Source of the DNA: Patescibacteria group bacterium
Lineage (GTDB): Bacteria > Patescibacteriota > Microgenomatia > UBA1400 > PJMF01
DNA length: 45,530 nucleotides
Assembly (NCBI GenBank): GCA_018813375.1
Contig: JAHJBU010000003.1
Location: 1 to 45,530 of the forward strand
Reading direction: 5' to 3'
The notes under the pieces were generated by a model. The model saw only the letters and a program-made list of their open reading frames with translations. It made no database searches and was not told the DNA's origin. Position numbers and translations under genes: made by a program. Numbering within the stretch: position 1 is the first letter of the stretch; the number at the start of each line of letters is the position of its first letter. Shown here in pieces: positions 8,657 to 19,037 of the stretch.

Positions 8657-9649
8657 ATGAACCAAGAACCACCTACAAACCAAACTCCAGAAGATGAAAT
8701 TTTACTTCAAACACTTCGTGCTCAAAGCTGGGATGAATTTGTAGGTCAAGACACGATAAAAAAATCTTTACGCTTAGGTATTAAAGCAGCTTTGCAAAGA
8801 AAAGAATCTCTAGATCACACTTTATTATTTGGACCTGCGGGTTTAGGTAAAACTACTCTTTCCTACTTAATTGCTAGAGAAATGAATGTTGACATTAGAA
8901 TTACTTCTGGCACAGCCTTAAATAAAGCAGGTGATTTAGCAGCTATTCTAACTAATCTGAAAGATGGCGACGTTTTATTTATTGATGAAATACATCGCTT
9001 ACCAAAAATTGTTGAAGAAACCCTTTATCCAGCCATGGAAGATTTTGTCTTAGATATTGTGATTGGCAAAGGTCCTTCTGCAAGAACAGTTAGGCTAGAG
9101 TTGCCTCAGTTTACCATTGTTGGCGCTACTACTAGATTTGGCCTACTAAGTGGTCCCTTTAGAGATAGATTTGGCTTAATTCATCGTTTGTCTTACTATA
9201 AACCTCAAGCACTAGCAGATATTATTATCAAGGGAGCTAAAAAACTTAATGTAAAAATTGATCAAAAATCAGCCTTAGAAATAGGTCGACGCTCTCGAGG
9301 AACACCCAGAATTGCTCTCAAGCTCTTAAAACGTGTTCGAGATTATGTTCAAGTTAATAAATCAGGCCAAATTTCTCCCACAGAAGTTCATAATGCTTTA
9401 AAAATGCTTGCTATTGACACCAAGGGCTTGGATGAAACTGATAGACGCTTGCTAAAAAAGATTATTGTCTTACACAAAGGTGGTCCTGTTGGATTATCAA
9501 CTATGGCCGCCACTCTTCTTGAAGACCCAGGTACAATTGAGGAAGTAATTGAGCCTTATTTGTTGCAAATTGGTTTTTTGAAACGTACACCCCAAGGCAG
9601 AGTAGTGACTGAGGCTGCCTATCAATACTTAGGGAGAAAATACCCGTAA
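8657..9649 (+). CDS. ruvB: Holliday junction branch migration helicase RuvB
   Basis: GPAGLGKTT Walker A, FIDEIHR Walker B, LYPAMED, RGTPRIA, EPYL. Confidence 0.97.
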   Translation: MNQEPPTNQTPEDEILLQTLRAQSWDEFVGQDTIKKSLRLGIKAALQRKESLDHTLLFGPAGLGKTTLSYLIAREMNVDIRITSGTALNKAGDLAAILTNLKDGDVLFIDEIHRLPKIVEETLYPAMEDFVLDIVIGKGPSARTVRLELPQFTIVGATTRFGLLSGPFRDRFGLIHRLSYYKPQALADIIIKGAKKLNVKIDQKSALEIGRRSRGTPRIALKLLKRVRDYVQVNKSGQISPTEVHNALKMLAIDTKGLDETDRRLLKKIIVLHKGGPVGLSTMAATLLEDPGTIEEVIEPYLLQIGFLKRTPQGRVVTEAAYQYLGRKYP

Positions 9650-9672
9650 AACAAATGCTATACTAGCCATTA

Positions 9673-10254
9673 ATGCTACTTATCAAAATCAAGCGTCGCT
9701 TAACAGCCATTTATTTAGAGGCTGTGACTGGTTTTTTATGGTGGGCAGTGGGTTATATACCATCACACCACGCTCGAAGATTTTTTTATCGCCTTTTTGG
9801 GATTAAAATTGGCAAAGGCTCTACTATCCATATGATGGCTAGAATTTATGATCCTCGTCACATCACCATTGGCGAGGATACTTTAATTGGCGAACAAGCT
9901 ACTCTTGATGGGCGCAAGCAACTCCCCAATTCTCAGGGTGGGCTAGAAATTGGTAGTCACGTTGATATCGCCTCTCAAGTCATGATCTGGACTAGCGAGC
10001 ATGATATTCAGAGTAACGACATGCGTCCAGTTGAAGAAAAAGTAATAATTGAAGATTACGTTTTTATCGGGCCTAGGGCTATTATTCTTCCAGGGGTTAC
10101 TCTTGGTAGGGGAGCAGTGATAGGAGCTGGAGCTGTAGTGACCAAAGATGTTCCTCCTCAAGCGATTGTGGGTGGGGTTCCTGCTGTAAAAATTGGCGAG
10201 AGAGAGACTCAGGAGCTAAATTATAAGTTGGGTAGAGCGCGATTATTTCAGTAA
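9673..10254 (+). CDS. Hexapeptide-repeat O-acetyltransferase (left-handed beta-helix)
   Basis: Repeated I-G-x-x-x-x hexapeptides; ILPGVTLG.GAVIGAGAVVTKDVP...VGGVPA. Confidence 0.9.
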   Translation: MLLIKIKRRLTAIYLEAVTGFLWWAVGYIPSHHARRFFYRLFGIKIGKGSTIHMMARIYDPRHITIGEDTLIGEQATLDGRKQLPNSQGGLEIGSHVDIASQVMIWTSEHDIQSNDMRPVEEKVIIEDYVFIGPRAIILPGVTLGRGAVIGAGAVVTKDVPPQAIVGGVPAVKIGERETQELNYKLGRARLFQ

Positions 10255-10270
10255 TAATGAATAAAAATTC

Positions 10271-11257
10271 ATGACTCTTACCATTATCATAGTTTCTTAC
10301 AACACCAAAAAATTAACTCTCCAAACCATTGAAGCCGCCTGGAAAGAAGCTCAGTCATCTAAAATTTTGGCTAAGAGAACAGAGATCATAATTGTTGATA
10401 ATGATTCTAAAGATAACACCGCGACTGCCATCAGAGATAGCTTTGACAGCAAAAATATTAAGGTCATTGCTAATAAACACAACAAAGGTTTTGCCTCAGC
10501 CAATAACCAAGGAATTAAGGTTGCCAAAGGTAAATACATTATTCTCCTTAACTCTGACACCATTGTTCAAAAAGGTGGTTTGAGTACTATGGTTAAAACT
10601 TTTGAACGCTTTCCTTTAGATGATACTACTGCTACTCTAGCTTCTGAAAAAAACAAAATTGATAAACTAGGCATATTAGCCCCCACGCTTTTAAATCCTG
10701 ACGGAACACTCCAGCCACAAGGGGGAGACTTACCAACCCTATTTTCGCTTTTCAATCATATGAGCTTTTTAGATGACTTACCAATTATCGGCAAACTTTT
10801 ACCATCAACACAACACACGGGTTTTAGACAAAGTGAAAAACTTCGCTATCACACCAATGACACTCGTCTGATTAAGCGGGGGTGGGTAGGTGGTACTGCT
10901 ATGATGATTAGAAAAGAAGTCATTAAAGAGATTGGTTTACTTGATGATGCAATTTTTATGTACGGAGAAGATACTGAATACTGTATGCGAGCCAGCCATC
11001 ACCATTTTGATATAGCTATTGATCCTCAAGCTAAAATTACTCATTTTAGCCAGGCAAGTTCTAGTAATACCAATGCTATTAAGGGTGAATTTAAATCCTA
11101 TATTTATAACTGGTCAAAGCACAAACCACTTTGGCAAATTCCAATAATTAAACTAATATTAAAAATGGGCATTATACTTAGAATAATTGCCTTTAGTACC
11201 ATCAAACCAGACAAAAAAAGATGCCAAATTTATAGAGAACTATTATCACAGATATAA
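10271..11257 (+). CDS. Glycosyltransferase family 2 (WbbL-like)
   Basis: IIVSYN, IIVDNDS.D, N.GFASANN, LLNSDT, FMYGED.E. Confidence 0.9.
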   Translation: MTLTIIIVSYNTKKLTLQTIEAAWKEAQSSKILAKRTEIIIVDNDSKDNTATAIRDSFDSKNIKVIANKHNKGFASANNQGIKVAKGKYIILLNSDTIVQKGGLSTMVKTFERFPLDDTTATLASEKNKIDKLGILAPTLLNPDGTLQPQGGDLPTLFSLFNHMSFLDDLPIIGKLLPSTQHTGFRQSEKLRYHTNDTRLIKRGWVGGTAMMIRKEVIKEIGLLDDAIFMYGEDTEYCMRASHHHFDIAIDPQAKITHFSQASSSNTNAIKGEFKSYIYNWSKHKPLWQIPIIKLILKMGIILRIIAFSTIKPDKKRCQIYRELLSQI

Positions 11258-11261
11258 AAAC

Positions 11262-12854
11262 ATGAATTATAAAAAAATTCTTAGTTGGCTTGATAAAAAT
11301 ATCCTTTTATTACTGTCAGGCTTCCTCCTAGCCTTTATCCCCCTTTTTCCCAAAATTCCTTTCTTTAGCCCCATTGAAGAATATATAGTTAGAATTCGGA
11401 TAGAAGATTTTTTAGTATTATTTACCATAATTATCTGGCTTATTCAATTAATTAGAAAAAAAATAAAATGGAAGTCCACCACAGCCTGGCTTATGATCGC
11501 CTATGCTGTTGTGGGATTGCTCTCAGTTGTCTCTGCAGTGTTAGTAATTAAAACTGTTCCAATTATAGATAAGCACATACTTAAAACACTCCTTCATTAT
11601 TTTAGATATCTTGAATACTTTGCTCTCTTTTTCATAACTTACTCTAGTCTTAAAAAAACTAAAGATGTGCAAATTTTACTTGGAGTAATAAGTTTCTCAC
11701 TACTTTGTGTTTCAATCTATGGAGTGGGGCAAAAATATTACTATTGGCCAGTTTACTCCACCATGAATCGCGAGTTTAGCAAGGGAATTCGCCTTTATCT
11801 AACCGAACATGCTAGGGTTCAATCTACTTTTGCTGGTCATTATGATCTAGCTGCCTATCTAGTAATAATTCTACCGCTCCTACTAGCCTTAGCATATAGT
11901 TCCAAACAAAAAATAATCAAGTTTTTTCTTTTTTTCCTGCAATTTTTTGGAGTCTGGATGCTAATTGTGAGTGCTGCCAGAACATCGTTTATAGCCTACG
12001 TTCTATCCTCGATAATTGTAGTTATCTTATCTGGATTAAAAAAAGATTCTTTTTGGTTAAAAATTTCTTGGATCACCACCAGACTTCTAGGACTATGGAT
12101 AGTCATTTTTATTTTAATAGCTATATTTGGAACTGATATTTATGAAAGATCTCTTCAGGTTCTTAAACCCTATCCATTGATCTATTCTAAATACGAACAA
12201 CTAGAAAAACAAATAAACAAATCTTTTATCAGAACTATCTCTACTACACCTCCATCTAATTCAATTTCAACTAAAGAAGTTGAGGTTCTAGTCGCATCAG
12301 ATCAACGCCCATCTACAGAGAGACCAATGGACGTCTATCATGATATCCCGGATCAAATTAAAGTTTCCACAACTTCTGCTGATGGAGTCACAGAAACAAT
12401 CATTGTTGAAAAACCCAGAGTTTGGTCAGACAATGCACTTCGGTACGGTCTTTCCACAGCTATTAGACTAGATACCCTCTGGCCAAGAGCAATGCAGGGG
12501 TTTATTCGCAATCCACTTTTTGGAAGTGGCTATGCTACCCTAAATAAAACTAGTCCAACAGATTTCACTATAGCTGATAGCACTGATAACAATTTTTTAC
12601 GTACTCTAGGTGAAACTGGACTGTTGGGATTTATTACTTTTTATGGCATTGTACTAAGCTCTATTGTCCTAGCAATTTCAGGTTTAAGAAAAAAAGATGT
12701 TTTGCTTTCAACACTCAGCATTGGCTATCTAGCTGCTACTTTAGGATTACTGTTTAATGCTTTTTTCATTGACGTTTTTGCAGCCTCAAAGGTTGCATTT
12801 ACTTTTTGGGCTATAACCGGGCTGTTTTTAGGCTATTATAAATTAAAGAAATGA
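11262..12854 (+). CDS. O-antigen ligase family (Wzy_C) membrane protein
   Basis: Multi-TM protein with R.QSTFAGHYDLAAYL, SAARTS, PLFGSGY, DNNFLR.LGETGLLG. ATG 11262 follows the upstream stop; the track start at 11187 overlaps the previous gene. Confidence 0.8.
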   Translation: MNYKKILSWLDKNILLLLSGFLLAFIPLFPKIPFFSPIEEYIVRIRIEDFLVLFTIIIWLIQLIRKKIKWKSTTAWLMIAYAVVGLLSVVSAVLVIKTVPIIDKHILKTLLHYFRYLEYFALFFITYSSLKKTKDVQILLGVISFSLLCVSIYGVGQKYYYWPVYSTMNREFSKGIRLYLTEHARVQSTFAGHYDLAAYLVIILPLLLALAYSSKQKIIKFFLFFLQFFGVWMLIVSAARTSFIAYVLSSIIVVILSGLKKDSFWLKISWITTRLLGLWIVIFILIAIFGTDIYERSLQVLKPYPLIYSKYEQLEKQINKSFIRTISTTPPSNSISTKEVEVLVASDQRPSTERPMDVYHDIPDQIKVSTTSADGVTETIIVEKPRVWSDNALRYGLSTAIRLDTLWPRAMQGFIRNPLFGSGYATLNKTSPTDFTIADSTDNNFLRTLGETGLLGFITFYGIVLSSIVLAISGLRKKDVLLSTLSIGYLAATLGLLFNAFFIDVFAASKVAFTFWAITGLFLGYYKLKK

Positions 12855-14299
12855 AAAAACATTTAGTTTTAGTATCAGCTTTAATTGTTTTGGCAGCTTA
12901 TTTAAGACTTTATAAAATTGATAGCCCATTAGCAGACTGGCACAGCTTCCGCCAAGCGGACACGGCTTCTGTGACTAGAGAATTCGTCAAAAACAATTAT
13001 CCTATTTGGGAACCCCACTACCATGATCATTCAAATATCCAAAGCGGGCAGGATAATCTTGAGGGATATAGAATGGTCGAATTTCCACTGATTAATTATC
13101 TTATTGCTCAGGTAATTAAATTATGGCCTCAACTAGATTTAGTGATTATTTCGCGCTTATTCTCGATTGGATTTTCTTTACTGGGATTGATAAGTCTTTA
13201 TGGGTTTGTTTATCTGCTCTCAAAACGCAAAGCTCTGGCTTTTCTTTCAGGACTAATATTTGCGGCCTTACCCTATAGTGTATTTTATTCTCGTGTTATC
13301 TTACCAGAGCCTGCCATGCTAGGCACACAACTTTTCAGCATGTGGCTGTTTTTAGCTTGGCTACAACAATCTAGTAAAAAGAAAACTAAGTCGCACCTTC
13401 TTTATGCTGGAAGCCTGATTTCATTTGCGCTTAGCTTGCTACTTAAACCAACCGCTATTTTTATTGCCCCAGTGTTTGGCGTACTAAGCCTATCCTACAT
13501 GGGTATAAAAGCCCTAATTTCTCCATGGTTAATCTCCTACGTCACAATTGCAGTGGCTCCTTTAATTGGTTGGAGAGCGTGGATCACGCAGTATCCCCAA
13601 GGCATCCCCGTCTCAGATTGGTTATTAAATGGCAATCATATTCGCCTCAGACCAGCTTGGTGGAGATGGATTTTCGCTGAAAGAATAGCTAAACTAATTC
13701 TTGGTTATTGGGGAACATCATTATTATTTTTAGGCTTAATAAGTAGAATTCAAACCAACTATCGTCGCTCATCTCTCTTTGACTTGGTTACACTAACCTG
13801 GACAGGCTCAATGTTTTTATACCTAGTGGTTTTTGCTACCGGCAATGTTCAACACGACTACTATCAAACCTTGCTTATTCCCATCATTTCCATTCTCATG
13901 GCCAGAGGTATTATCTGGGTGACTGAATCACTCCCAACTAGAAAATTTATTCTTTGGCCAGCCCTAATAACAGTGCTTGGACTAACTTTTTTTATGTCTT
14001 GGTGGGAAACCAGGGGTTACTATGACATCCAACACCCCAATATTGTAACTGCAGGAAAAAGAGTTGATCAACTCACCCCTCTTGATGCAAAAGTTATTGC
14101 TCCATATCAAGGCGACACTGCTTTTCTATTTCAAACCAATCGCACTGGTTGGCCCATTGGCTTTGAGATCAAAGATAAAATTAACAAGGGGGCTAACTAC
14201 TATGTGAGTGTAAACTTTGATGATGAGACAAACGAATTAATGAAAAAATACGAATTGATCGAACAAACCGATGATTATGTTATCATCAAACTTCAATAA
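12851..14299 (+). CDS. GT-C membrane glycosyltransferase (GT39/ArnT-like)
   Basis: HSFRQADTA loop after TM1, EFPL, YSRVILPEP, LLKP, H.YYQ; many TMs. Confidence 0.75.
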   Translation: MKKHLVLVSALIVLAAYLRLYKIDSPLADWHSFRQADTASVTREFVKNNYPIWEPHYHDHSNIQSGQDNLEGYRMVEFPLINYLIAQVIKLWPQLDLVIISRLFSIGFSLLGLISLYGFVYLLSKRKALAFLSGLIFAALPYSVFYSRVILPEPAMLGTQLFSMWLFLAWLQQSSKKKTKSHLLYAGSLISFALSLLLKPTAIFIAPVFGVLSLSYMGIKALISPWLISYVTIAVAPLIGWRAWITQYPQGIPVSDWLLNGNHIRLRPAWWRWIFAERIAKLILGYWGTSLLFLGLISRIQTNYRRSSLFDLVTLTWTGSMFLYLVVFATGNVQHDYYQTLLIPIISILMARGIIWVTESLPTRKFILWPALITVLGLTFFMSWWETRGYYDIQHPNIVTAGKRVDQLTPLDAKVIAPYQGDTAFLFQTNRTGWPIGFEIKDKINKGANYYVSVNFDDETNELMKKYELIEQTDDYVIIKLQ

Positions 14300-14302
14300 C
14301 TC

Positions 14303-15490
14303 ATGAAAATATTAATGCTCACTCCTTATTTGCCTTATCCACTTTTAAGCGGTGGGCAAATAAGAACCTACAACTTGCTTAAAAAATTAGCTGATAAACA
14401 CAAAATTACTTTATTTCCATTAATTAAAGAAGAATCTGAGCGAAAATACATTCCAGAACTAGAAAAATACTGTGCTAAGGTTAAAGTTTTTAAACGTTCT
14501 AAAAAACCATTTACTCTAAAAAATATCTACAAAACACTTATCTCTAGCTATCCCTTTTTAGTTGTTCGCAATCATGTTCCAGAAATAATTGATGAAGTTA
14601 AAAAAGAACTAGCTAGCCATGATTACAATCTAATCCATGCTGAAACATTTTACATGATGCCTCATTTACCAAAAACAAATGTGCCTATAATTTTAGTAGA
14701 ACAAACCATCGAATATTTAGGCTATGAAAGCTATGCTAAAAAAGCTCCATTTTTTCTTAAGCCACTATTGCAAATTGACATTGCAAAAATAAAAAAATGG
14801 GAACGACACTTCTGGCGCAGTGCTCAAAAGCTGATTGTAATGAGTCAAGCTGATAAAGAATATATTGCTAAAGAAATTGGCAACCAAAATAAAATTGAAG
14901 TTGTTGCTAATGGAGTAGACTCAAAGTGGTTTAGCCAAAAGAGAAGAAAACCTCCTGAAAAGCCAACAATTCTTTCTGTTGGAACTTTTAACTGGCTACC
15001 AAATATAGAAGCGGTTCAATTTTTGGTTAATAGAGTTTGGCCTTTACTAAAAAAGCAAGTTAAAAATGCCCAGCTATGGATCGTGGGTAATGCACCTACT
15101 GAAGAAATTTTAAATTTTCAAAAAAAAGACTTAAATATTAAAGTTACGGGCAATATCCCTGACATTCGAGATGCTTTTAAAAATGCTCATGTTGTAGTTG
15201 CTCCAGTTTTTAGTGGTAAAGGCACTCGATATAAAATCTTAGAGGCCATGGCTGCTGGCACGCCTGTAGTTGCTACCAGTATCGCCGTTGAAGGCCTAGG
15301 GGTTGAAGATGGCAAACATGTACTTTTAGCTAATAGTGCTACTGAAATGACAGATAAAATTGCTCGCTTACTCAATCAGCCAGATGAAAGAAAACAGCTT
15401 TCCAGAAGAGCAAAATTATTTGTAACCAAACAATATGACTGGAAATATATTAGTACTAAGTTAGATCAAGTCTATCAGGAGTTTTCATGA
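14303..15490 (+). CDS. Glycosyltransferase family 4
   Basis: PYP..SGG..R, NGVD, VG...W.PN, G.GTRYKILEAMAAG.PVV.T. Confidence 0.9.
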   Translation: MKILMLTPYLPYPLLSGGQIRTYNLLKKLADKHKITLFPLIKEESERKYIPELEKYCAKVKVFKRSKKPFTLKNIYKTLISSYPFLVVRNHVPEIIDEVKKELASHDYNLIHAETFYMMPHLPKTNVPIILVEQTIEYLGYESYAKKAPFFLKPLLQIDIAKIKKWERHFWRSAQKLIVMSQADKEYIAKEIGNQNKIEVVANGVDSKWFSQKRRKPPEKPTILSVGTFNWLPNIEAVQFLVNRVWPLLKKQVKNAQLWIVGNAPTEEILNFQKKDLNIKVTGNIPDIRDAFKNAHVVVAPVFSGKGTRYKILEAMAAGTPVVATSIAVEGLGVEDGKHVLLANSATEMTDKIARLLNQPDERKQLSRRAKLFVTKQYDWKYISTKLDQVYQEFS

Positions 15491-16371
15491 AAAAACGATC
15501 AAAGAAAACTGACTTAACACTAATTATTCTAAATTATAATACTCAATTTTGGTTAAAAAAAACTTTAGAAACTTTAAAAGAATTTTATTTAGATAATACA
15601 AAATATAATATCAAAATCATTGTGGTTGACAACGGCAGTGTAGATGACAGTGTAAAAATGGTTAAAAAAAACATTAAGTGGGCTGAGTTGATAGAAGCCA
15701 GAGAAAACTTGGGCTTTGCTGGAGGAAATAATTTGGCTTTAGAAAAAGTTAAAAGCAAATATGCCATGCTACTCAATTCTGACCTAGAGTTTAAGCCTGA
15801 ATCTAATTTAGATATTTTAATTGAGTACATGGATAAACACCCTGAGGTTGGAATAATTACTCCTAAAATAGAATTCATTAATGGAGAAATTGATCCAGCC
15901 TGCCACCGCGGTGAACCTACTCTTTGGGCTTCTTTTACTTATTTTACAAAACTAGAAAGATTATTCCCCAAATCCCAATTTTTTGGCCAATATCATCAAT
16001 ACTATAAAGATTTAACCAGCCATCATATTATTGATGCTTGTAGCGGAGCAACTCTAGTTGTGAGAAAATCCGCTATGGACAAGGTAGGTCTATTAGATGA
16101 CCGTTTTTTTATGTACGGCGAAGACCTTGACTGGTGTCGACGTTTTAGAGATAAGGGTTATCAAGTAATCTACCATCCAGAAGTAAAAATTATTCATCAC
16201 AAATATAAATCTGGAATTAAAAGTAGCTCTAAAAAAATTGCTCAAACCACGAATAAGTACTTTTATGATACGATGCTTGCGTATTATGATAAGCACTATG
16301 TTGATAAATACCCAAAATTTATCCGCACACTTATTAAGTATTATATTAATATTAAAAAGGGAGGGTTCTAA
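15487..16371 (+). CDS. Glycosyltransferase family 2 (WbbL-like)
   Basis: VVDNGSVD, NLGFAGGNN, LLNSD, FFMYGEDLDWC. Confidence 0.9.
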   Translation: MKKRSKKTDLTLIILNYNTQFWLKKTLETLKEFYLDNTKYNIKIIVVDNGSVDDSVKMVKKNIKWAELIEARENLGFAGGNNLALEKVKSKYAMLLNSDLEFKPESNLDILIEYMDKHPEVGIITPKIEFINGEIDPACHRGEPTLWASFTYFTKLERLFPKSQFFGQYHQYYKDLTSHHIIDACSGATLVVRKSAMDKVGLLDDRFFMYGEDLDWCRRFRDKGYQVIYHPEVKIIHHKYKSGIKSSSKKIAQTTNKYFYDTMLAYYDKHYVDKYPKFIRTLIKYYINIKKGGF

Positions 16372-16803
16372 ATGTATTCAGATCTAGCTTTTAAGGTATC
16401 GCAGCTGCGAGCCAAAAACCAAAATATTATGTTAACTGCAGTGACTGTAATTGTGGCAGCATTATTTGTGGCAGCTTTGCTGCCCAGCTTATTGGTGCAA
16501 TACATATATGCCGGTCAACAACTTTTTGCACAGCCATTACTACTTCAATACATCCCGCTAGTTTGCTTTTCAATCGGAATTGCCTATTTCTTATTTGCTA
16601 TTGTTGGCAATTTATTTAGAGCAAAACGAGCTAATTACCTTGAAAAACAAATGGAGCTTGAAGATTGCTGTTGCTTTGATGAAGAAGACGAAATTTTAGA
16701 TGAGATTGAAGCTCTAACTGAAACTTTAGTTAAAGAAAAGAAAAAAGCTCCTGCTAAAAAAAGACCAGCAAAAAAGAAAATAGCTGCTAAAACTAAAAAA
16801 TAA
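16372..16803 (+). CDS. Hypothetical 2-TM membrane protein with CCC motif, acidic segment and Lys/Ala/Pro-rich tail
   Basis: Abuts both neighbours; GGAGG upstream; two hydrophobic segments followed by EDCCCFDEEDE and KKKAPAKKRPAKKK. Confidence 0.75.
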   Translation: MYSDLAFKVSQLRAKNQNIMLTAVTVIVAALFVAALLPSLLVQYIYAGQQLFAQPLLLQYIPLVCFSIGIAYFLFAIVGNLFRAKRANYLEKQMELEDCCCFDEEDEILDEIEALTETLVKEKKKAPAKKRPAKKKIAAKTKK

Positions 16804-16811
16804 TCTAAATT

Positions 16812-17885
16812 ATGAAAATTGGTGTTGACTGCCGGCTAAGTGGAATCGCCCATGCCGGCATAGGGCGTTATATTGGAAATCTCATTAAATACCTTCCCTT
16901 GCTTGCTCCTGAGATTGATTGGGTTTATTTTTATCGAGATAAAAATCAAATAATTCCAGATCTTGATGTGGAGTCTAGATTAGTTTCTGTTCGTCACTAC
17001 ACCTTTCAAGAACAATTACAGTTAATTTCTGTTTTTAATCAAGCTAAATTAGACTTGCTTCATGTTCCTCACTTTAATGTTCCAATTTTATATCCAGGAA
17101 AATTAGTGGTAACTATTCACGACCTACTTTGGCATCAACAAAAAGGAACCCAGGTCACTACTTTAAAACCATGGGAATATTGGGGTAAATATACTGGCTA
17201 TCGGCTGGTGGCTTCTCAAGCAATCAAAAAAGCTAATAAAATCATAGTTCCAACTCAAGCAGTTAAAAAAACCCTAAGTAAATACTATCCAAAATCTGAA
17301 GAAAAAGTCGTGGTAGCTCATGAGGGCGTGGATAGTGGACTATTAACATTTAAAGATAGAAAAGTAAAAAAGAAAATTAACTCTCTAATTTACGTAGGCT
17401 CGCTTTATCCTCATAAAAACTTAAAGTTGGTCATCCAAGCATTACAAAAGCTACCCACTTGGAAACTCACTATTGTTGGCTCTAGAAATGTTTTCCAAGA
17501 TCAAATCAGAAAAGAGGTTAAAAAATACCAGGTACAAAAACAGGTTAAATTCACTGGCTATTTACCTGATAAAGATTTAGCTCAAAAAATTAAAACCGCT
17601 ACTGCCTTAGTGCAGCCATCACTATCAGAAGGTTTTGGTTTAACTGGCATAGAGGCCATGGCGCTTGGCACTCCAGTTATCGCCTCAGATATTCCAGTTT
17701 TTAAAGAAATCTACCAAAATGCAGCAGTTTATTTTAACCCTCACTCCATAGAAAATTTTATTCAAACTGTAAACAGCTTAACAAGTAGAAAACCAACGTT
17801 AAATCAAATGCAAAATGTAGCCAAACAATACTCCTGGCAAAAAATGGCAGAAAAAACGCTTCAAGTTTATAAATCTGTTTTATAA
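16812..17885 (+). CDS. Glycosyltransferase family 4
   Basis: GIGRY, VTIHDL, VGSLYPHKN, PSLSEGFGL..IEAM, SDIPVFKE. Confidence 0.9.
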   Translation: MKIGVDCRLSGIAHAGIGRYIGNLIKYLPLLAPEIDWVYFYRDKNQIIPDLDVESRLVSVRHYTFQEQLQLISVFNQAKLDLLHVPHFNVPILYPGKLVVTIHDLLWHQQKGTQVTTLKPWEYWGKYTGYRLVASQAIKKANKIIVPTQAVKKTLSKYYPKSEEKVVVAHEGVDSGLLTFKDRKVKKKINSLIYVGSLYPHKNLKLVIQALQKLPTWKLTIVGSRNVFQDQIRKEVKKYQVQKQVKFTGYLPDKDLAQKIKTATALVQPSLSEGFGLTGIEAMALGTPVIASDIPVFKEIYQNAAVYFNPHSIENFIQTVNSLTSRKPTLNQMQNVAKQYSWQKMAEKTLQVYKSVL

Positions 17886-17894
17886 TCAATTTAC

Positions 17895-19037
17895 ATGAAA
17901 CCTAAAGTTGCTTTAGTTTACGACCGAATTAATACTCCCTACGGTGGGGCTGAAAAAGTATTATTAGCTCTTCATCAAGCCTTTCGGCAAGCTCCAGTTT
18001 ACACTGCTGTTTTTCATCCACGTGCTAAATGGGCAAAAGTTTTTGAGATAAAAACTTCATTTTTACAAAAAATACCCTTTGCCAATCAATTTCATCGTTT
18101 TTTTGCTCCCCTAATGCCATTGGCCTTTGAGTTATTAGACTTATCTGAATATGACATTATTATTTCTATAACCAGCGCTGAAGCTAAAGGAATTATTACA
18201 AAACCAAATCAGCTTCATATCTGCTATATGTTGACCCCGACTCGTTACCTATATAGTCACCGAGCTCATTATGAGAAAACTCATTGGCCATTTAAAATCC
18301 CCATATTAAGCTTTTTTAGCCGTAAACTTTTTGACTATCTTACCTGGTGGGATCAAGTTGCAGCTCATCGGCCCGATGTTATTATTCCTATTTCTAATTT
18401 AGTTAAAAAAAGGGTAGGGGAGCATTATCAACGCTTGACACATAAAGTTATCTATCCGCCTATAGATCTAAATGAACTTAAACCAATTGACGACATAAAA
18501 CTATATCACCCCTACTATCTTCCTAAAAAATATTATCTAGTTATCTCTAGATTAGTGCCATATAAAAGAGTTGATCTAGCTATTAGAGCCTGTCAAAAAT
18601 TAAATAAAAAACTAGTCATTATTGGCGAAGGACCTCAAGAAACAGAATTAAAAAATATCTCTAATGACAATATTTATTTCTTAGGCAGTGTAACTACGAC
18701 CCAGCGCCAGGCTATTATGTCTCAAGCTAAGGCCCTGCTTATGCTTGGTTTAGAAGATTTTGGCATCACTGCTATGGAAGCAATTCTATCTAATAAACCA
18801 GTAATTTTGCATAAAAAATCTGGAGCTAGTGAACTATTACTAAATCAATCGGCGGCTTTTTACATCACAAAACTCTCAACTAATGCGGTCATCAAAGCAA
18901 TCAAAAAATTAGAAAGCTCTAGATTCGAATTTACTACCCTGAAGAAAAAGTTGAAAAAATATGCTATAAATGACTTTGTCAGACGGTTTCAAACAACCGT
19001 TTTTAAACTTTACAAACAGCAGAAAGGACGCTTATGA
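17895..19037 (+). CDS. Glycosyltransferase family 4 (WbaZ-like mannosyltransferase)
   Basis: GGAEKVL, AKGII, H.CY..TPTRYLY, SRLVPYKRVD, EDFGI...EA. Confidence 0.85.
   Translation: MKPKVALVYDRINTPYGGAEKVLLALHQAFRQAPVYTAVFHPRAKWAKVFEIKTSFLQKIPFANQFHRFFAPLMPLAFELLDLSEYDIIISITSAEAKGIITKPNQLHICYMLTPTRYLYSHRAHYEKTHWPFKIPILSFFSRKLFDYLTWWDQVAAHRPDVIIPISNLVKKRVGEHYQRLTHKVIYPPIDLNELKPIDDIKLYHPYYLPKKYYLVISRLVPYKRVDLAIRACQKLNKKLVIIGEGPQETELKNISNDNIYFLGSVTTTQRQAIMSQAKALLMLGLEDFGITAMEAILSNKPVILHKKSGASELLLNQSAAFYITKLSTNAVIKAIKKLESSRFEFTTLKKKLKKYAINDFVRRFQTTVFKLYKQQKGRL

Noticed and set aside
11187..11261. Track start for the O-antigen ligase ORF
   Set aside because: TTG start overlapping the upstream GT2 by about 70 nt; ATG 11262 is more plausible.
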